A program made the position numbers and the translations under genes. Below, in pieces: positions 1-12,950 of a stretch of 64,000 bases of DNA. Source of the stretch: Takakia lepidozioides. Lineage: Eukaryota; Plantae; Bryophyta. Where the stretch lies: the NCBI GenBank assembly GCA_030704615.1, contig CM060731.1:75950001-76014000 (forward strand), in the 5' to 3' direction. The first letter of the stretch is position 1; each line of letters begins with the position of its first letter. The notes beneath the pieces are model-generated. The model made no database searches, was not told the origin of the DNA, and saw only the letters and a program-made list of their open reading frames with translations.

Positions 1-319
1 AACCCACAAACTGACGTTGTACTTGGTGGTTTAGCAGCCCCAAGGTTGCAAATTGCTCTCCGGAGGGGGTGCCATCCGTGTACCGATCTCACCGATCTCG
101 AGGCACAAGGTGTGCTCTACAAGATACCCAACTTTCTCAATGTTGAAAGTGTTGATTACTTTACACTAGAGACCCACAATTGTACATTGCACCACAGCTC
201 GCTACAAATCCTTCTGATGACAGTGCCCTCAAAACCCAAAGGAGGAGCAGTAAGTATATCGTCCTCTCATTATTATCCCTTAGTTGGGTGTAATTTCATT
301 GATATTAATTAAACCAACA

Positions 320-3148
320 TACAAAAATTGCTCGGCCAACAATCTTTGAGATGAATTTGGTGGAGGTGTGGCAGTCTCCAAACACTCCAAGATTCTTGAT
401 GAGTCGTGCTGATCAACCCAAAACCAGTGGTCAGCTTCTCATTGTGGTAGCAAAGAGAAAATTCATTTCCTCCACATCATGTAATACACAGCACGTGTCA
501 GGCACATACCCCGCCTCTTCATCTGCCCAGACAATCTTCTCAGCTCAGCATGGATTTCCTTAATTCTGGGATGCAACTTGTCATCTACAACGAGGTGCAC
601 CCTGTTGCCAACCTCAACGCAGCAGCGACCTGGCTCCTTTCTAACCCCTCTGACCTTCATCATTCTTCTCACCTTTGCAGTATCATTCCACCTGTCAGTT
701 GCAGTATAGATGTGTGATATAGCAACACATAAGTCGCGGCATCATGTTCATCCCACTTGAGGATAGATGTTGCCACACGTTCACAAAAATTGTTTTGGGC
801 TTGCTGCGCTTTGTTCCGAGACTCTCTTCATCAGGTCCACTGCCTCATCCAATTGTCCCGCATGTCCAAGAAGGTCCACCATGCAGCCAAAGTGCTTTAC
901 TGGCAGGGTGACACCATGATCTTGGCTCAGGGAATCGAAGTAGCATCTTCCTTCATTCTGTAGGCCAGTGTGCCTGCATGCAGAGAGAACACATATAAAG
1001 GTGATAATGTCCGGCTTCAAGCTGTTCTTTTGCATTCCTTCAAATAGTTGCAGGACCTCCCTATGACAACCATGTTGGGCATATCCTACGATCATCGCAT
1101 TCCACGACACCACATTTTATTCAGCCACATTGTCAAATACTCGCTTTGCATCCTCAATGCACTCACATTTGGCATACATGTCCACCAGGGCAGTGTTCAG
1201 AGTGAAATCGGGTACTATTCCAGATTTGACGATGTCACCATGGACCTCTTTGCCCTTTCCCAGGGCTACCAGGCTTGCACTACACGCATTGCAAAATGCA
1301 AACAAACGTCATGTGGTTGGGCTTCACCCCTTCGCACATCATTTGCTTATAGGTCTCCAAAGCCTCCATCCCGCGCCCTTGTTGTGCACATCCTGCAATC
1401 ATCGCACTCCACGACACCACATCATACTGTCGAACACTCCATTTGCATCCTCGATGCACCCACATTTGACAAACCTATCCACCAGGGCTGAAATCGGGTA
1501 CAATTCCAGATTTGACGATGTCACCATGGACCTCTTTGTAGTTTTCCAGGGCTGCCAGGATTGCACACGCACTACTAATGCAAACAAACGTCATGTGGTT
1601 GGGCTTCACCCCCTTCGCACATCATTTGCTCATAGGTCTCCAAAGCCTCCATCCCGCGCCCTTGCTGTGCATATCCTGCAATCATCGTACTAGACACAAC
1701 ACCACATCACGTTCAGCCATACTGTCGAACACTCCCTTCATACATGTCCACAAGGGTATTGTTCAGAATGACATTTGGTCAGCTCTGACAATTTGTCACC
1801 ATGGACCTCTTTGCCCTTTTCCAGAGCTGCCAGGCTTGCACACGCACTGCAAATGCAAAGAAACATGACGTGGTCAGGCTTCACCCCTTCCCCCATCATT
1901 TGATCATAGGTCTCCAAAGCCTCCATACCACATCCCTGTTGTGGATACCCTACAAGCATCGTGTTCCATGACACCACATCTCGTTCAGCCATAGTGTTGA
2001 AAACTTGCTTCGCATCCTTAATGCACCCACATTTGGCATACATGTCCACCAGGGCAGTGTTCAGAATGAGATCTGGTACAATTCCAGCTTTGACGATGTC
2101 GCCGTGGACCTCTTTCCCCTTTTCCAGAGCTCCCAGGCTTGCACACGCATTGCAAACACGAACAAATGTGATGTGGTTGGCGCAGCATTTGCTCATAGGT
2201 CTCCAAAACATTCCTACCACACCCATGCTTGGTAAATCCTGCCAACATTATATTCCAAGTGATCAAAGATCGTTGAGGCATTCTGTTGAACACGTGGTGA
2301 GCATCCATGATGCTCCCGCACTCACATGTTGACAATGGTGTTGAGGAGAAAAACATTTGGCGTGAATCCACTTTAGATAATGTGCGTGTGCATCTGCTTT
2401 CCAGCTTCCAGATCTTCCATCTTGATGCACTTAAGCAAAAGACAGACATACGTATATGAAATGCCTCATTGATTTAAAGGTTGTAGAGCCTCTGTCAGTA
2501 TGCCTGCCGCACAAAGCATCTTTACATGCCCAGAAGTGCCAGAAGATGACACAAACAAATGTGATGTGGTTGGGCTTCACCCCTTTGCGCAACATTTGCT
2601 CATAGGTCTCCAAAACATTCCTACCACACCCATGCTTGGTAAATCCTGCCAACATTATATTCCAAGTGATCAAAGATCGTTGAGGCATTCTTTGAACACT
2701 CGGTGAGCATCCATGATGCTCCCGCACTTAACATACATGTTGACAAGGGTGTTGAGGAGAAAAACATTTGGCGTGAATCCTCTTTAGATAATGTGAGTGT
2801 GCATATGCTTTCCAGCTTCAAGACCTTCCATCTTGATGCACTTAAGCAAGAGACAGACATACGTATCTGAATGCCTCCTTGGTTTAAAGTTTGTAGAGCT
2901 TCTGTCAGTCTGCCTACCGCACAAAGCATCTTTACATGCCCAGAAGTGCCAGAAGAGGCATTGTGGACTCCCTCTCTTGATCATCTTTCAGAAGCTGTGG
3001 TCATGGTTGAGGTGCTTGATTTTATCAACTGTGCCGCTACAGTTGCTGCCTTTAGTTGACCATCTACCCATGCAGGTTTCTTGTAGCTATTGATCCACAG
3101 GGAATCATAGGTAATCTGGAGCTTGAAGTCCGGCCCTCTTGGATGAAT
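320..3148 (-). pseudogene. Decayed PLS-class PPR-E-DYW gene (paralog of 57891-60812)
   Basis: Frameshifted fragments of P/L/S motifs (VVSWNAMIVGYAQHG, TFICVLSACRHTG, LVDMYAKCG), E2/PG box (MMKVRGVRKEPGRCC) and DYW remnant (HNEKL..NLGVFGDCHTSTKFISKIVGRAI). Similarity stops near 320, so the terminal DYW is missing. The 5' end encodes IHPRGPDFKLQITYDSLWINSYKKPAWVDGQL. Confidence 0.93.
2157..2955. repeat. Local tandem duplication (~390 bp) inside the PPR pseudogene
   Basis: ~2157-2545 and ~2553-2955 share near-identical text (catttgctcataggtctccaaaacattcctaccacacccatgcttggtaaatcctgcc... gcacaaagcatctttacatgcccagaagtgccagaaga). Confidence 0.85.
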
Positions 3149-3330
3149 CTGGACCCACACTCTATCCCTGCTCCTTCAGCTACATCTGCACAGATCATAC
3201 ATCCTTGCCTTGCTGCTAGCAGCTAACAATGATAGCCTAGATTTGTTCTAGGAAACACCCAACTCAACATATCCCACTAGTTCCTATGCTCAATTGCATC
3301 TGCTACTCTCTGTAATCCAACAGACATTGA

Positions 3331-3750
3331 CCTTTTTGCATCGATTGTCCCACCATTGACTGGGGTCAGAAAAGTATTCATTCCACAGCTTCTCCTCGTC
3401 TCTGTTACTAACGGTGTGAAGTTCTTCCAGCAAACACCCCAACCCTACTTATCACACTAGATCCTATGCTGACTTGCATATTCATTCTGAAGCTTCTCCT
3501 CGTTATCTGTTTTTGGATACTTTCCTGCTGCCACATCGGCAGTAACTTGTCAAGGTCACTCCAAACCACCACAGATCCACCCAACAAGCTACCTTAGAAT
3601 TCAATATGCATCTCAGGGCCGAGTCTGATGGGCAAAACAAGCTGAAATAGGTCGAAGAAGGTGCCCTTCACATTGTCCTTGAACATCAACCCAAAATGAC
3701 CTCTCGTGTGTGCTGCTTGTGTCTGTAGTCAGATAATGTCGGATTGGTCT
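3331..3750 (-). pseudogene. Degenerate upstream PDF-motif exons of the left PPR pseudogene
   Basis: ~3331-3405 encodes RDEEKLWNEYFSDPSQWWDNRCKK followed by GT. ~3490-3525 is a partial second copy (GKYPKTDNEEKL). ~3670-3748 encodes TNPTLSDYRHKQHTREVILG* after a cag acceptor. All match exons at 61070-61446. Confidence 0.8.
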
Positions 3751-4338
3751 GTGAGAACCACCACGGTGCAGCTAAGCAGGCAGAGATTGAAACACAGCCT
3801 ACTAAGACCAAGCTGATTCTCCCAAGAACCTTGTAAACATCAGGAAGAATTCCAAATCATGGTATGGTAAGATCTCAACTTCATGGGCCCTTGTGTTGAT
3901 GTAGGTGATAGAATCAATCATCAAAAGTATGGAACTGTTCTTTGAACTGGTCAGCCATAGAGCTCTCTTCCTCTTTATCTAGTTTGCACACCTTCCAATC
4001 CCACCTTTCAGGCATTTCCAGTAAGGTTGCCACCACCTGCATACACCATATCCAGTGGGCACATGAGGTGAGTGCCCCTTTACATGCCATAAGCACATAC
4101 ATGGAAAATATATGAAAATACATACATGAAAAATACTATAAATGTGCAGCTATTCAGAAATGTACCTGCCCTTGAAGTAGGGCATTATATGAAGGCATAT
4201 TTGTGAAGGTATGTTTTCTTCATATACAATTTTCCGGTGTGGTTTAAACAGGAATGCAATATGGATTTTTACCCGGTGATGTAACATCAGGATAAAGTAA
4301 AATAAAAACAATGCATGGTCTCCAGCGGTGGACAGAGC

Positions 4339-4345
4339 AGAGAGA

Positions 4346-4386
<41 letters not shown>
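4339..4386. repeat. (GA)n microsatellite
   Basis: Direct agagag run. Confidence 0.95.
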
Positions 4387-4388
<2 letters not shown>

Positions 4389-4759
4389 TATGGTTGGTGG
4401 GGCCTCACCTCCCGGCCTAACTGCATAGGTAGTTTCTGTCCTTGGACAAGCCGGTGAGCCAATATGAACTCTTTCACCACTTGTCTCCCTTCCGAATTCA
4501 CGTCCCCTGCAGGCAGCCACAGCCGTATCTACAAATCACATTGTTCTCAAACCTCATAGAGTCTGTTGCCCTGCTGCCTTCTCACACATCATGTTTTCCT
4601 TCTGGAAGATTGTCTGGTTGTTGTTGGTTTTGTCCGTGACTTCTTACAGATTCTGTCTACCTCAATATGCAATTCTCTCCAGCCCTCGATCTCTTCTCTG
4701 TTTCCTGGCAATGCAGAGATAATAAAGAAAAACAGGGTGAAATGTGTTGAAGAAGGTGC

Positions 4760-4888
4760 CTCCACTAATTGTGCTGTTGCCGCTGCTGTTTCCAGTTGAC
4801 CATCTACCCACGTAGATTTCTTGTAGCGATTGATCCACAGGGAATCAGAAGTAATCTTGTGTTTGAAATCCGGCCCTCTTGGATGAAT
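4760..4888 (-). pseudogene. Additional PDF-motif C-half exon
   Basis: Encodes IHPRGPDFKHKITSDSLWINRYKKSTWVDGQLETAAATAQL after a gtccag acceptor. Flanks are homologous to 3050-3230, 3414-3458 and 60700-60900. Confidence 0.85.
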
Positions 4889-5019
4889 CTGGACCTCTAT
4901 CCCTGGTCCTTCAGCCATCCCTGCCTGTGTAAAAATCATGAATACTTGCTACTAGCTAGCAGCTGACACGGACGGCGTGAAGTTCTTTCAGCAAACACCC
5001 CAACCCTACTTATCACACT

Positions 5020-6600
5020 TAATGTTTGATCACGTGAAGCGAGTGAAGGATTGGACGACCATGGCCTGTCATGTGTATGATCCTATGTACCAGCGAGTTA
5101 TGACTATTGTTGTTTGTGACATGCAGTCGGAGGACACAGAGTCCCAAATTCTTATGCGGAAGGCTCTAGTTAACGTCATGAGAGTTCATGGTTTACCAAA
5201 TGCAAATTTCACAGGGTTCATGGCAGACAGCGCACAAGCTAATTGGAATGTTGTGCGGACTGTGTTTGGCTCTGGTGACCCGAAAATACCAATGCAAGGC
5301 CAGGAATACACTTGCCTCTTTCATAGGACCCAGTCCCTTCGACGGCACACAAAAAATTCCATAAAATTGGAGTTGCAAGAGGAGCACCTGCGACTATGCC
5401 GTCTCTACAAAGATGCCACCACAGAAAAGGAAGCAAATGCCATGTTTCAGACTATCAGAGTATGGTGGTACTCCTCTGAGGCGGCGAATCTGGAGGGGAT
5501 CAAAGAGCTAGAAGACTGATTGGGCTTTTGGCACTTCAGATACAGACAGTGGGGTGCCTTCATGACCGCTGTAAGTTAGACTCATACTACCATGATTTTC
5601 AATTCTTCTTATATATATGAGGGTGTGCACCAGCGGCCTTGCTGTCCAATCCAGTCCAGGTCGAATGCTGCTCCACATAACAGTGGCATGTATGTGGCAT
5701 TTACCTGCAGAATATATCACTGGAAGACATTGCGGATATGCCATCCTGCAATCTCGCAGAGACTGTTCATAGTATGTGGATGGCGCAATCTGGTAAGAAC
5801 GGCCGGAACCTTTACGTTGCAACTGCAGATGACCTTATCCGCGCTCTTTCGCAACAAACAAAGTACCGAGACTTCATCAGGGGACGAGGTGCTGGTAAGG
5901 GGCCGGACAGGGCAGAGTTGCTGCTCAGGGTTGCTAACAGATGCAAGCATCCTGCAAAAATGGCGCGGGCTATTAACGAGTACACGATTGGAACACCTTT
6001 GCAGTCCAAGCTCCCACATCTGGAAGGTGAGGAGAGATTCGGATCATGCAAGCGCAAACTGGACACCCCTCCAGGATCGGCGGGTGACTCCCATCGGCAT
6101 GATAGAGATAATTTCTCCATACCTCGAGTGCTTGTGCCACCCAATTTTGGATGTACTACTCCATCTGTGGATGCAGGTTGTTTTGCAGATTTCGATGCAA
6201 CATATGCCACAGCTTTGGCACGGGGAGAAGGACGGACGCTGCTGCCGGTTGAGGAGACCGATTTGTGGTGATGCAATGTGGTACATAGAACGGATTCCGA
6301 AAGGATCAAAAGTTGGTTGTTCTGCTATCAGGGCATTGTCTTTTGTGAAGTGCACAAGTAAAATTTGCAGAGGCGCTGGCAGGACTCCAGCACCGACATT
6401 CACAGGTTTGTTTGCCTGGCAGACTTGTTTCTAGGTTCGCTCACTCATTATATATTCAACTTTGAAACACGTTCAAGTTGGACGACGAGGATGATTTTGC
6501 CATGCTTGCTTAAAATTTGTTCACAGAATTGGACACATATGAGAGTGGGAAGCCCCTTCCCCATGCATGTCATTTTATGTGGTAAACATAGGGATACAAA
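5020..6600 (+). pseudogene. 5'-truncated DDE (Mutator/MULE-like) transposase
   Basis: MFDHVKRV...GFMADSAQANW...TCLFH (CxxH)...W(stop)LGFWHFRYRQWG, a GT-AG intron at ~5571-5710, then NLAETVHSMW (putative catalytic E) and a Cys-rich tail WYIERIPKGSKVGC..KC..KI..PAPTFTG. The D..D..CxxH..E order is typical of MULE-type transposases. Stops and frameshifts are present. Confidence 0.7.
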
Positions 6601-6724
6601 ACTAAAATCAGTAACTCTGCATTTGGGCTGTTGCTTTTGCATGCAGACCTCTACTATAAAGTAGCAGAGCAGGAGCCAAAGCAAAGATGGAAGTTCAAAG
6701 TTCAAACACAAGAATAACATTGTT

Positions 6725-8165
6725 GCACTATTGATACCCAGATGATTAGCTAAACACATATGATGACATCTCTAAGTGCATCCTCAAAACTGTAAAGTGA
6801 TACGCAAGACATTAGTTCACATCATACAATGTCAACTAAAATCTTGCGTCGCACTTTATCAGTCTTGCTATGCACACAGAGTATGATAGTTCTTGTATGT
6901 GGTGGCATGGTCACTCTTATGTATGATGGGAGGAGGTGTTCAGGATGGACCACAAGACTAGCCTTGCACACTAAGTAAGTTATTTTATATTTTCTCTAGC
7001 TTTATCACTTTTTTAATGATGGGTGGAAGTTATCAAAATGATTGTGCATTCTTTACATATATTCCATCAGAATATGGATGTTATAGAAACAAATAAACAT
7101 CGTGTAATCGCATGTGTTTCTGTTCCTACATTAATAAGGCAACTCCTAAGTGAAGCGACAAAAACCCAAATGATTTCCCACTTTTTGACTTCCTACAATA
7201 GTTAGTAATATTACTTGTCGTCAACATCGATTAGGTTGTTCATCGATTGTGTCGTTTAATTTTTGAGATTATTTAGTGAAGATGATACGTGAAAGAATGG
7301 TCTAAAGAAGCACGCGCGATCGCGCATGCTTCATTTGGTACTTCTATTCGTGGGTCCAACAACATCACTATTGATACCCAGATGATTAGCTAGACACATA
7401 TGAGGACATCTCTGAGTGCATCCTCAAAACTGTAAAGTGATTCGCAAGACATTAGTTAACATCGTACAATGTCAACTAAAATCTTGCGACGCACTTTATC
7501 AGACTTGCCATGCACACATATTATGATAATTCTTGTATGTGCTACTGACATGGTCACTCTTATGTATGATGGGAGGAGGTGTTCAATGTGGTCCACAAGA
7601 CAATACAATACTAGCCGAGTATCGATCCAAAGGTCTGGGTCAGTGTGTAATATTACTTGACGTCAACATCGATTAGGTTGTTCATCGATTATGTCGATCA
7701 ATGTTTGAGATTAGACAATGAAGATGTGATGTGAAAGAATGGTCTAAAGAAGCACGCGCGATCGCGTGTACTTTATTTGATACTTCTATTCGTGGGACCA
7801 ACATCAACACTATTAATACCCAGATGATTAGTTAAACACATATGAGGACATCTCTGAGTACATCCTCAAAACTGGAAAGTGATACGCAAGATATTAGTTC
7901 ACATCATACAATATCTTGCATCGCACTTTATTAGTCTTGCCATGCACACAGAGTATGATAGTTCATGTATGCGGTGACATGGTCACTCTTATGTATGATG
8001 GGATGAGGTGTTCAAGGTGGACCACAAGACTAGCCTTGCACACTGAACAAGTTATCAGAATATGGATGTTACAAATGAACATCGCGAGATCGCGCGTGTT
8101 TCTGTTCTTACATTAATAAGGCCACTCCTAAGTAAAACAACAAAAACCCAAATGATTTCCTACTT
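6725..8165. repeat. Three imperfect direct repeats (spacing ~440-640 bp)
   Basis: A unit beginning ctatt(g/a)atacccagatgattag...catcctcaaaactg..aagtga...catggtcactcttatgtatgatggg starts at ~6728, ~7368 and ~7810. Sub-blocks 7205-7350/7650-7800 and 7065-7190/8055-8165 are also duplicated. Confidence 0.9.
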
Positions 8166-8810
8166 CCTGACTGGACTCTCAGAATGCATTTTAATTCTTG
8201 TCATGTAAATCACAAGACATTATCTAACACTCGCGATGTTAAATAAAATCTTGTGGTTAATTTGATATGTAGTGAAATGCAAATATCTGAAGTATGTCCC
8301 AGAATGTGTGAGCTATGTCAATGCTTGTCATGATGGGTTGATTCGTACATTTGGAATATAGATGTGTTGTAGTATGACTTCTTCGTTTCATTCTTATTCT
8401 AAATATAAATTACGGCGACTCCCAGCTAGATAATCCTCGATGTTCTCAATGTTCTTTAATAGTCCTTCCAGTAGATTTCTCTCAGTGAGTTGAAATTAGT
8501 TCATCTGTTCCTTAACTCAATAACGCGTGATCTCGCGAGGTTCTGAAGTTCCTACACCTCAGAAGAATTTTCTTGGGATCACGGATGTCAGGATACTCTT
8601 CTATGACAGAAAGAACAGAGTTATGGATATGGATTTTGTTCGCTATGCTTAGCAACCTCGTTGCTGCTTCAAATCGGGTTTTATGTTATTGGAGGGAAAA
8701 TTGTGGACCAAATATGCGCGATCACGCGTTCTTCGCGTGTCTCATTCTGTACATTCTGTAACTGAGCACGAGTTCTTGATGATTCTTTGAGTGTGGTGAA
8801 TTCGTGTTCG

Positions 8811-9420
8811 ATGAAGGAGGAGAATGAGATGGAACATACCGGACACAAGACAACGCTTTCACCCTCCTCACAAGGTGAATGCGGAGATGCGGTTATTATG
8901 ACGGGACCTTCCGAAGGACTTCAAGTTTATGATCGATCATCTCCAGTTTTTACAATTCCATCAACAGAGGAGCCTGACATACAGCTACTCTCCTGAATCA
9001 GACGATCTGGACAATTATTCACCAATATGATATTTTTGCGACATTCCTCCCGGGCCAGCAGCTTTAAGTTTTTTTCTAGAACAATACTGTGGAGGGTCTT
9101 CTGGAGATCCTGTAGCTGAAGTATCGGTAGAATCAAATGATTTTTGTGCTGGGTACCCTGCGTATACACCAGAATCCCCAAAGTACACTCCCTTATCTCC
9201 AGGATATACTCCCGAATCCCCAGAGTATTCACCAATAGGATACTTTAGCCACCTCAGTCGGCTGCGTTGGCCTCATTTTTGGCACAATACACACCTACGT
9301 CAGCTGTAAGTTCCAACCATTCGGAATCATCAGAAATGGAAAGATTCTGCATGGGCACACCGGAGTACACTTCCACCAGTTCAGAAATCTCCATATGTTC
9401 CACCAAATACCCACTATAAT
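8811..9420 (+). pseudogene. Disrupted ORF with Pol II CTD-like heptads
   Basis: Frame of 8986/9163 reads YSPESDD..YSPI*...YTPESPK-YTPLSPG-YTPESPE-YSPIG. After a frameshift it reads YTPTSAV (9288) and PEYTSTSS. Confidence 0.5.
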
Positions 9421-9892
9421 CAGTAGGATAACTTTCAGGGTACCCGAGAAGTTTTCAAGAGATTCACTGGGGTCTGCTGAATCACCATAGTCGTTCATCT
9501 CAGTGTTAGACAGGCATATATGACAGCACATTTAAACGCCAATGATGTCTCCGTTTTCGTTCTTCACTGTTGAATAATAAAGTATTCTTGATTATTTATG
9601 AACCAATTAATTGATCTGCACCTTTTGAGATTTCCAGCTTAATTGTAACTTTGATTTATTCCAAACCATTTATTTCATGTTGCAGTCACATTTGAATGTC
9701 CCGTATTCCACTCAATTGTAAGTTAGTATTTGTGAATTCCATTTATTCCAAGAGGGATTCCCATTTGTATGTTGGCATGATATCCGTTACATTATGTTTT
9801 GTTTCAAATTGCGGTCTTTCCTCTCAATCCTGAAATAATAATGCCTTGACATATCTTATCCCAATATCATAATGTTGTGTTTCATGTTCAGT

Positions 9893-12810
9893 GGCCAGTC
9901 AAACATACCTCCGGATTGCCTGGATGGCGAATGCAAGGAGATATGTGGGGAGTTCATCTCACCAAAATCACCAAACTTCAGCATAGACCACGTAGCTTTG
10001 TATACTCTAAACCAGACGATCTCCGAGTGGGGAATAAATCCTGTGGGTGTACCCCCTGACCACCAACTGAAGTTTTCCTTCAAGATTGGAGCAGAGATGA
10101 AGGAGCTTAATTATGGCTACGTTAAAGATGTTGAGATGGAGTCCGACGTGGAGAATCCAATGATGGTGGTTTTCATATTGGAGGATGGTAGAGCGAAAAA
10201 GACGTTTGGCTTTTCTCTGGAATCTCGTTGCGTTCACAAAGCAATGATGAAACCAGCTGTGAAGATGGGATTCATTTTCCCTGAAGGTGGTGCAGCCCCA
10301 ACTGCTCAGGGATTCGTACGAGCTTGGAGCATTTTCCAAGATGTACTCCATGCGTAGAGAAATATCAACAAAAACGATGCGGCAGCGAAGGGAGCAAAGG
10401 GTAAAGAGAAACGGAAGTCCACGACGGGATCCTCTCAGACTGAGAATGAGGAGGAGCAGCCAGCCGGGAAAAAGAAAAAGAAAGAAGAGCTCGATATTGT
10501 ATTTATGAAAGACAACAAGAAGCGCTGGCAAGATTTTTGACAAGGTGAAGTGCGAGGCGATGAATCAGAGTCTGAAGAATGACTACCAAGACATGTTTCC
10601 TTTTGGGTTCAACCATATAATCTCAATTGACATCTCAAGGATGGAACTTGCTCCAAGAAGCATGGTGTATCGTCCGCTGAATATTAATCACAAATATGAA
10701 GTAAAAGCCCGTCTGTACCAGCTAAGAGTTCTAGATACGAAACATCCCGTCTATCTGGCGCTGAGGAATGAACAGGTGCCAACCCAGGTGTCTGCGATGA
10801 AACCAAGGCATCAAAAGGATATGAACAATTCAAAATTCTTCACCCTCCCACCCCCATCCGACAGAATGTGGAGTTCGAGTATTGGGGGAGATGGTATGTT
10901 GTGAGAGCCGCTACAGACCCTTGGAGGCCAGCGCACAATTACGGCAGCAAATGTATATTACATCAACGTTTACCTCGCGCGATCGTGTGCTTTTATATTC
11001 TTTTCTACTTCTATGAGAATCTTCTTTCGGATATTTCTATGCGTTGTTTTATTAGCATTCTCGCGTGATCGCGCATGCTTCTACTATATGATTATATCTG
11101 ATGCATCTACAACTGGTTTCTATGATATGCATAGCATGATAAGCAAGCACGCGCGATCGCGCGTGCTCCATTTTAGTTCAATTCCATGCTGATGTAACAC
11201 TTTCCAAATCAGGAACTCGTGGAGGAAATTACTGACCGGGAGCAGAGGGACTACTACGCCGAATGATCATCAATTATCCTATGATCAGATAGCAATAATC
11301 GACAGCTGAAGATTTCTAAGCTCCTGAACGACCCAAATAAAGCCCAAAAATTTGACACAACATTCCCGGAGAAAGTTGCTCACGCCAGGATGTACTATGA
11401 GTCGAGGGGGAAGCCCAAGAAATTCAACGATAATGTTTCGAAATCTGAAACCCATTCAGTGGAAGGTAATCATTCGGACTTCCATTTTTGTTTAATGTCC
11501 CGTTGTACAATCACCAGAATTGCGTGTACCCGTTGTGTGCTGGCCTGACATGCTGTTCATGTTGACCAGGAATTTTTGCAAGCCTCACAACTTATATTGG
11601 AGATGCTTAGCGTTAAGGATGCCATGACTTTGGTCCGTTGCGATGACGATGTTTGGGAGAAATGGCAGAAGGTTTTCAGAGAGTGGAGAAGAGAAACCTC
11701 CTGGACATTAACGGAAAGAAGCATAAGGGTGTACAATCGCAGCTGACAAAATCTGCCGACTGCAAATTCCAAAGATTGAACCCCCTACAAATGAAGAAGG
11801 TTGCGCATAAGATTTTGGACATGAAGATCTGCGTTCGTGGCCCTTACAAGGGAAAAGACCCCAAGATTCTTTGTCTGTCAGATTACATCGATCGAATCAA
11901 GGACAGGCGGTTTATCATCGATGATGTCATGGTGGTATTGGGATTTGATGCCATGAGCAAGCAGTACCCAGAGCCATAAACAAAAGCACAATGGCTCAAA
12001 GTGAAGAAAATGTACAAATTCAACAAGTCGGAGTTCGAGACATTCCGATCGAAACTGGGGGCCAAATACATGAAAAGCAAGATGAATATAAATATGAAGA
12101 CCGAGAAAGTGAGTGACGCTTTCATCAAATACGTGCTTTCATGCAAGAAAATGGTTGAAGACATGGAGAAGGAAATGGGCAACCTCAAGGATACCTTCAA
12201 GTTACATTACCAGTGCATAGGAGGAAAGCGGAGGTTCACGGACGCCAAAACTCAGTTGAAAATTGTGAGAAAGAGGGATTTCGATAACATCGCATTGGTG
12301 TTCGTCAACACAGTCTGTGACAATGACTCAGTTGTTTTCATGCAAAGAAATTACAAAAATATTTTTGATGCGTTCTTCGAACAACAGCTGAGCCCTAATG
12401 CATTTGTCTTCTTCTCGACGCAGAGGTCCTCTTCCAATCTGCTTTCGTACATAAGGTTTGGCGAGGGTCGGAACAAGTATATTCTACTTCAGGGGTTGTA
12501 TCTTCTTGGAGAGTTTGACAATCCTTACTAGAGCCGGCCAAAGTCATTTTCAAGGCCACTCATGTGCCTTGATTACATATTTCCTGCAACAGCTGCCCAG
12601 ATTGAGAACCACGAGGAGAACTTGCAGGGTGTCTTGATGTTCAGCCCCATTAAACCAGTGATTAAGGCTCCGGATATTGAGTTCACGGAACACGAGAAAG
12701 AATGTGCCGCTTATGAACACGAATTACGGACAAAGACGAACAACTATATTGTGTCCTTGTTCTGTGGCGAAGGAATGGTGACTGTCAATCTCTTTGGAGG
12801 AGTAATGCTA
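9893..12810 (+). pseudogene. Multi-exon transposon-cargo gene with possible ParB/Srx-like domain
   Basis: Consecutive ORFs 9872-10357, 10545-10904, ~11213-11466, 11653-11979, 12001-12531 and 12562-12806 are separated mainly by in-frame stops or GT-AG introns. Motifs MVYRPLN and L(stop)EPLQTLGGQRTITAA resemble ParB-like GGQH motifs. Confidence 0.45.
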
Positions 12811-12950
12811 ATGTTGGCTCTCCACGTAAGCATTTCCATATCCATTTCCAGTTCGATTTCGTTTTCAATTTCCATTTCCGAAACACAACTTTGGAACCTC
12901 GCGCGATCACTTGTTCATCATTTTTACTCACTTGTTGGCATCTTTTGCAG

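Noticed and set aside
6725-8165. Possible CRISPR-like array
   Set aside because: Units are hundreds of bp with no unique spacers, and the context is eukaryotic.
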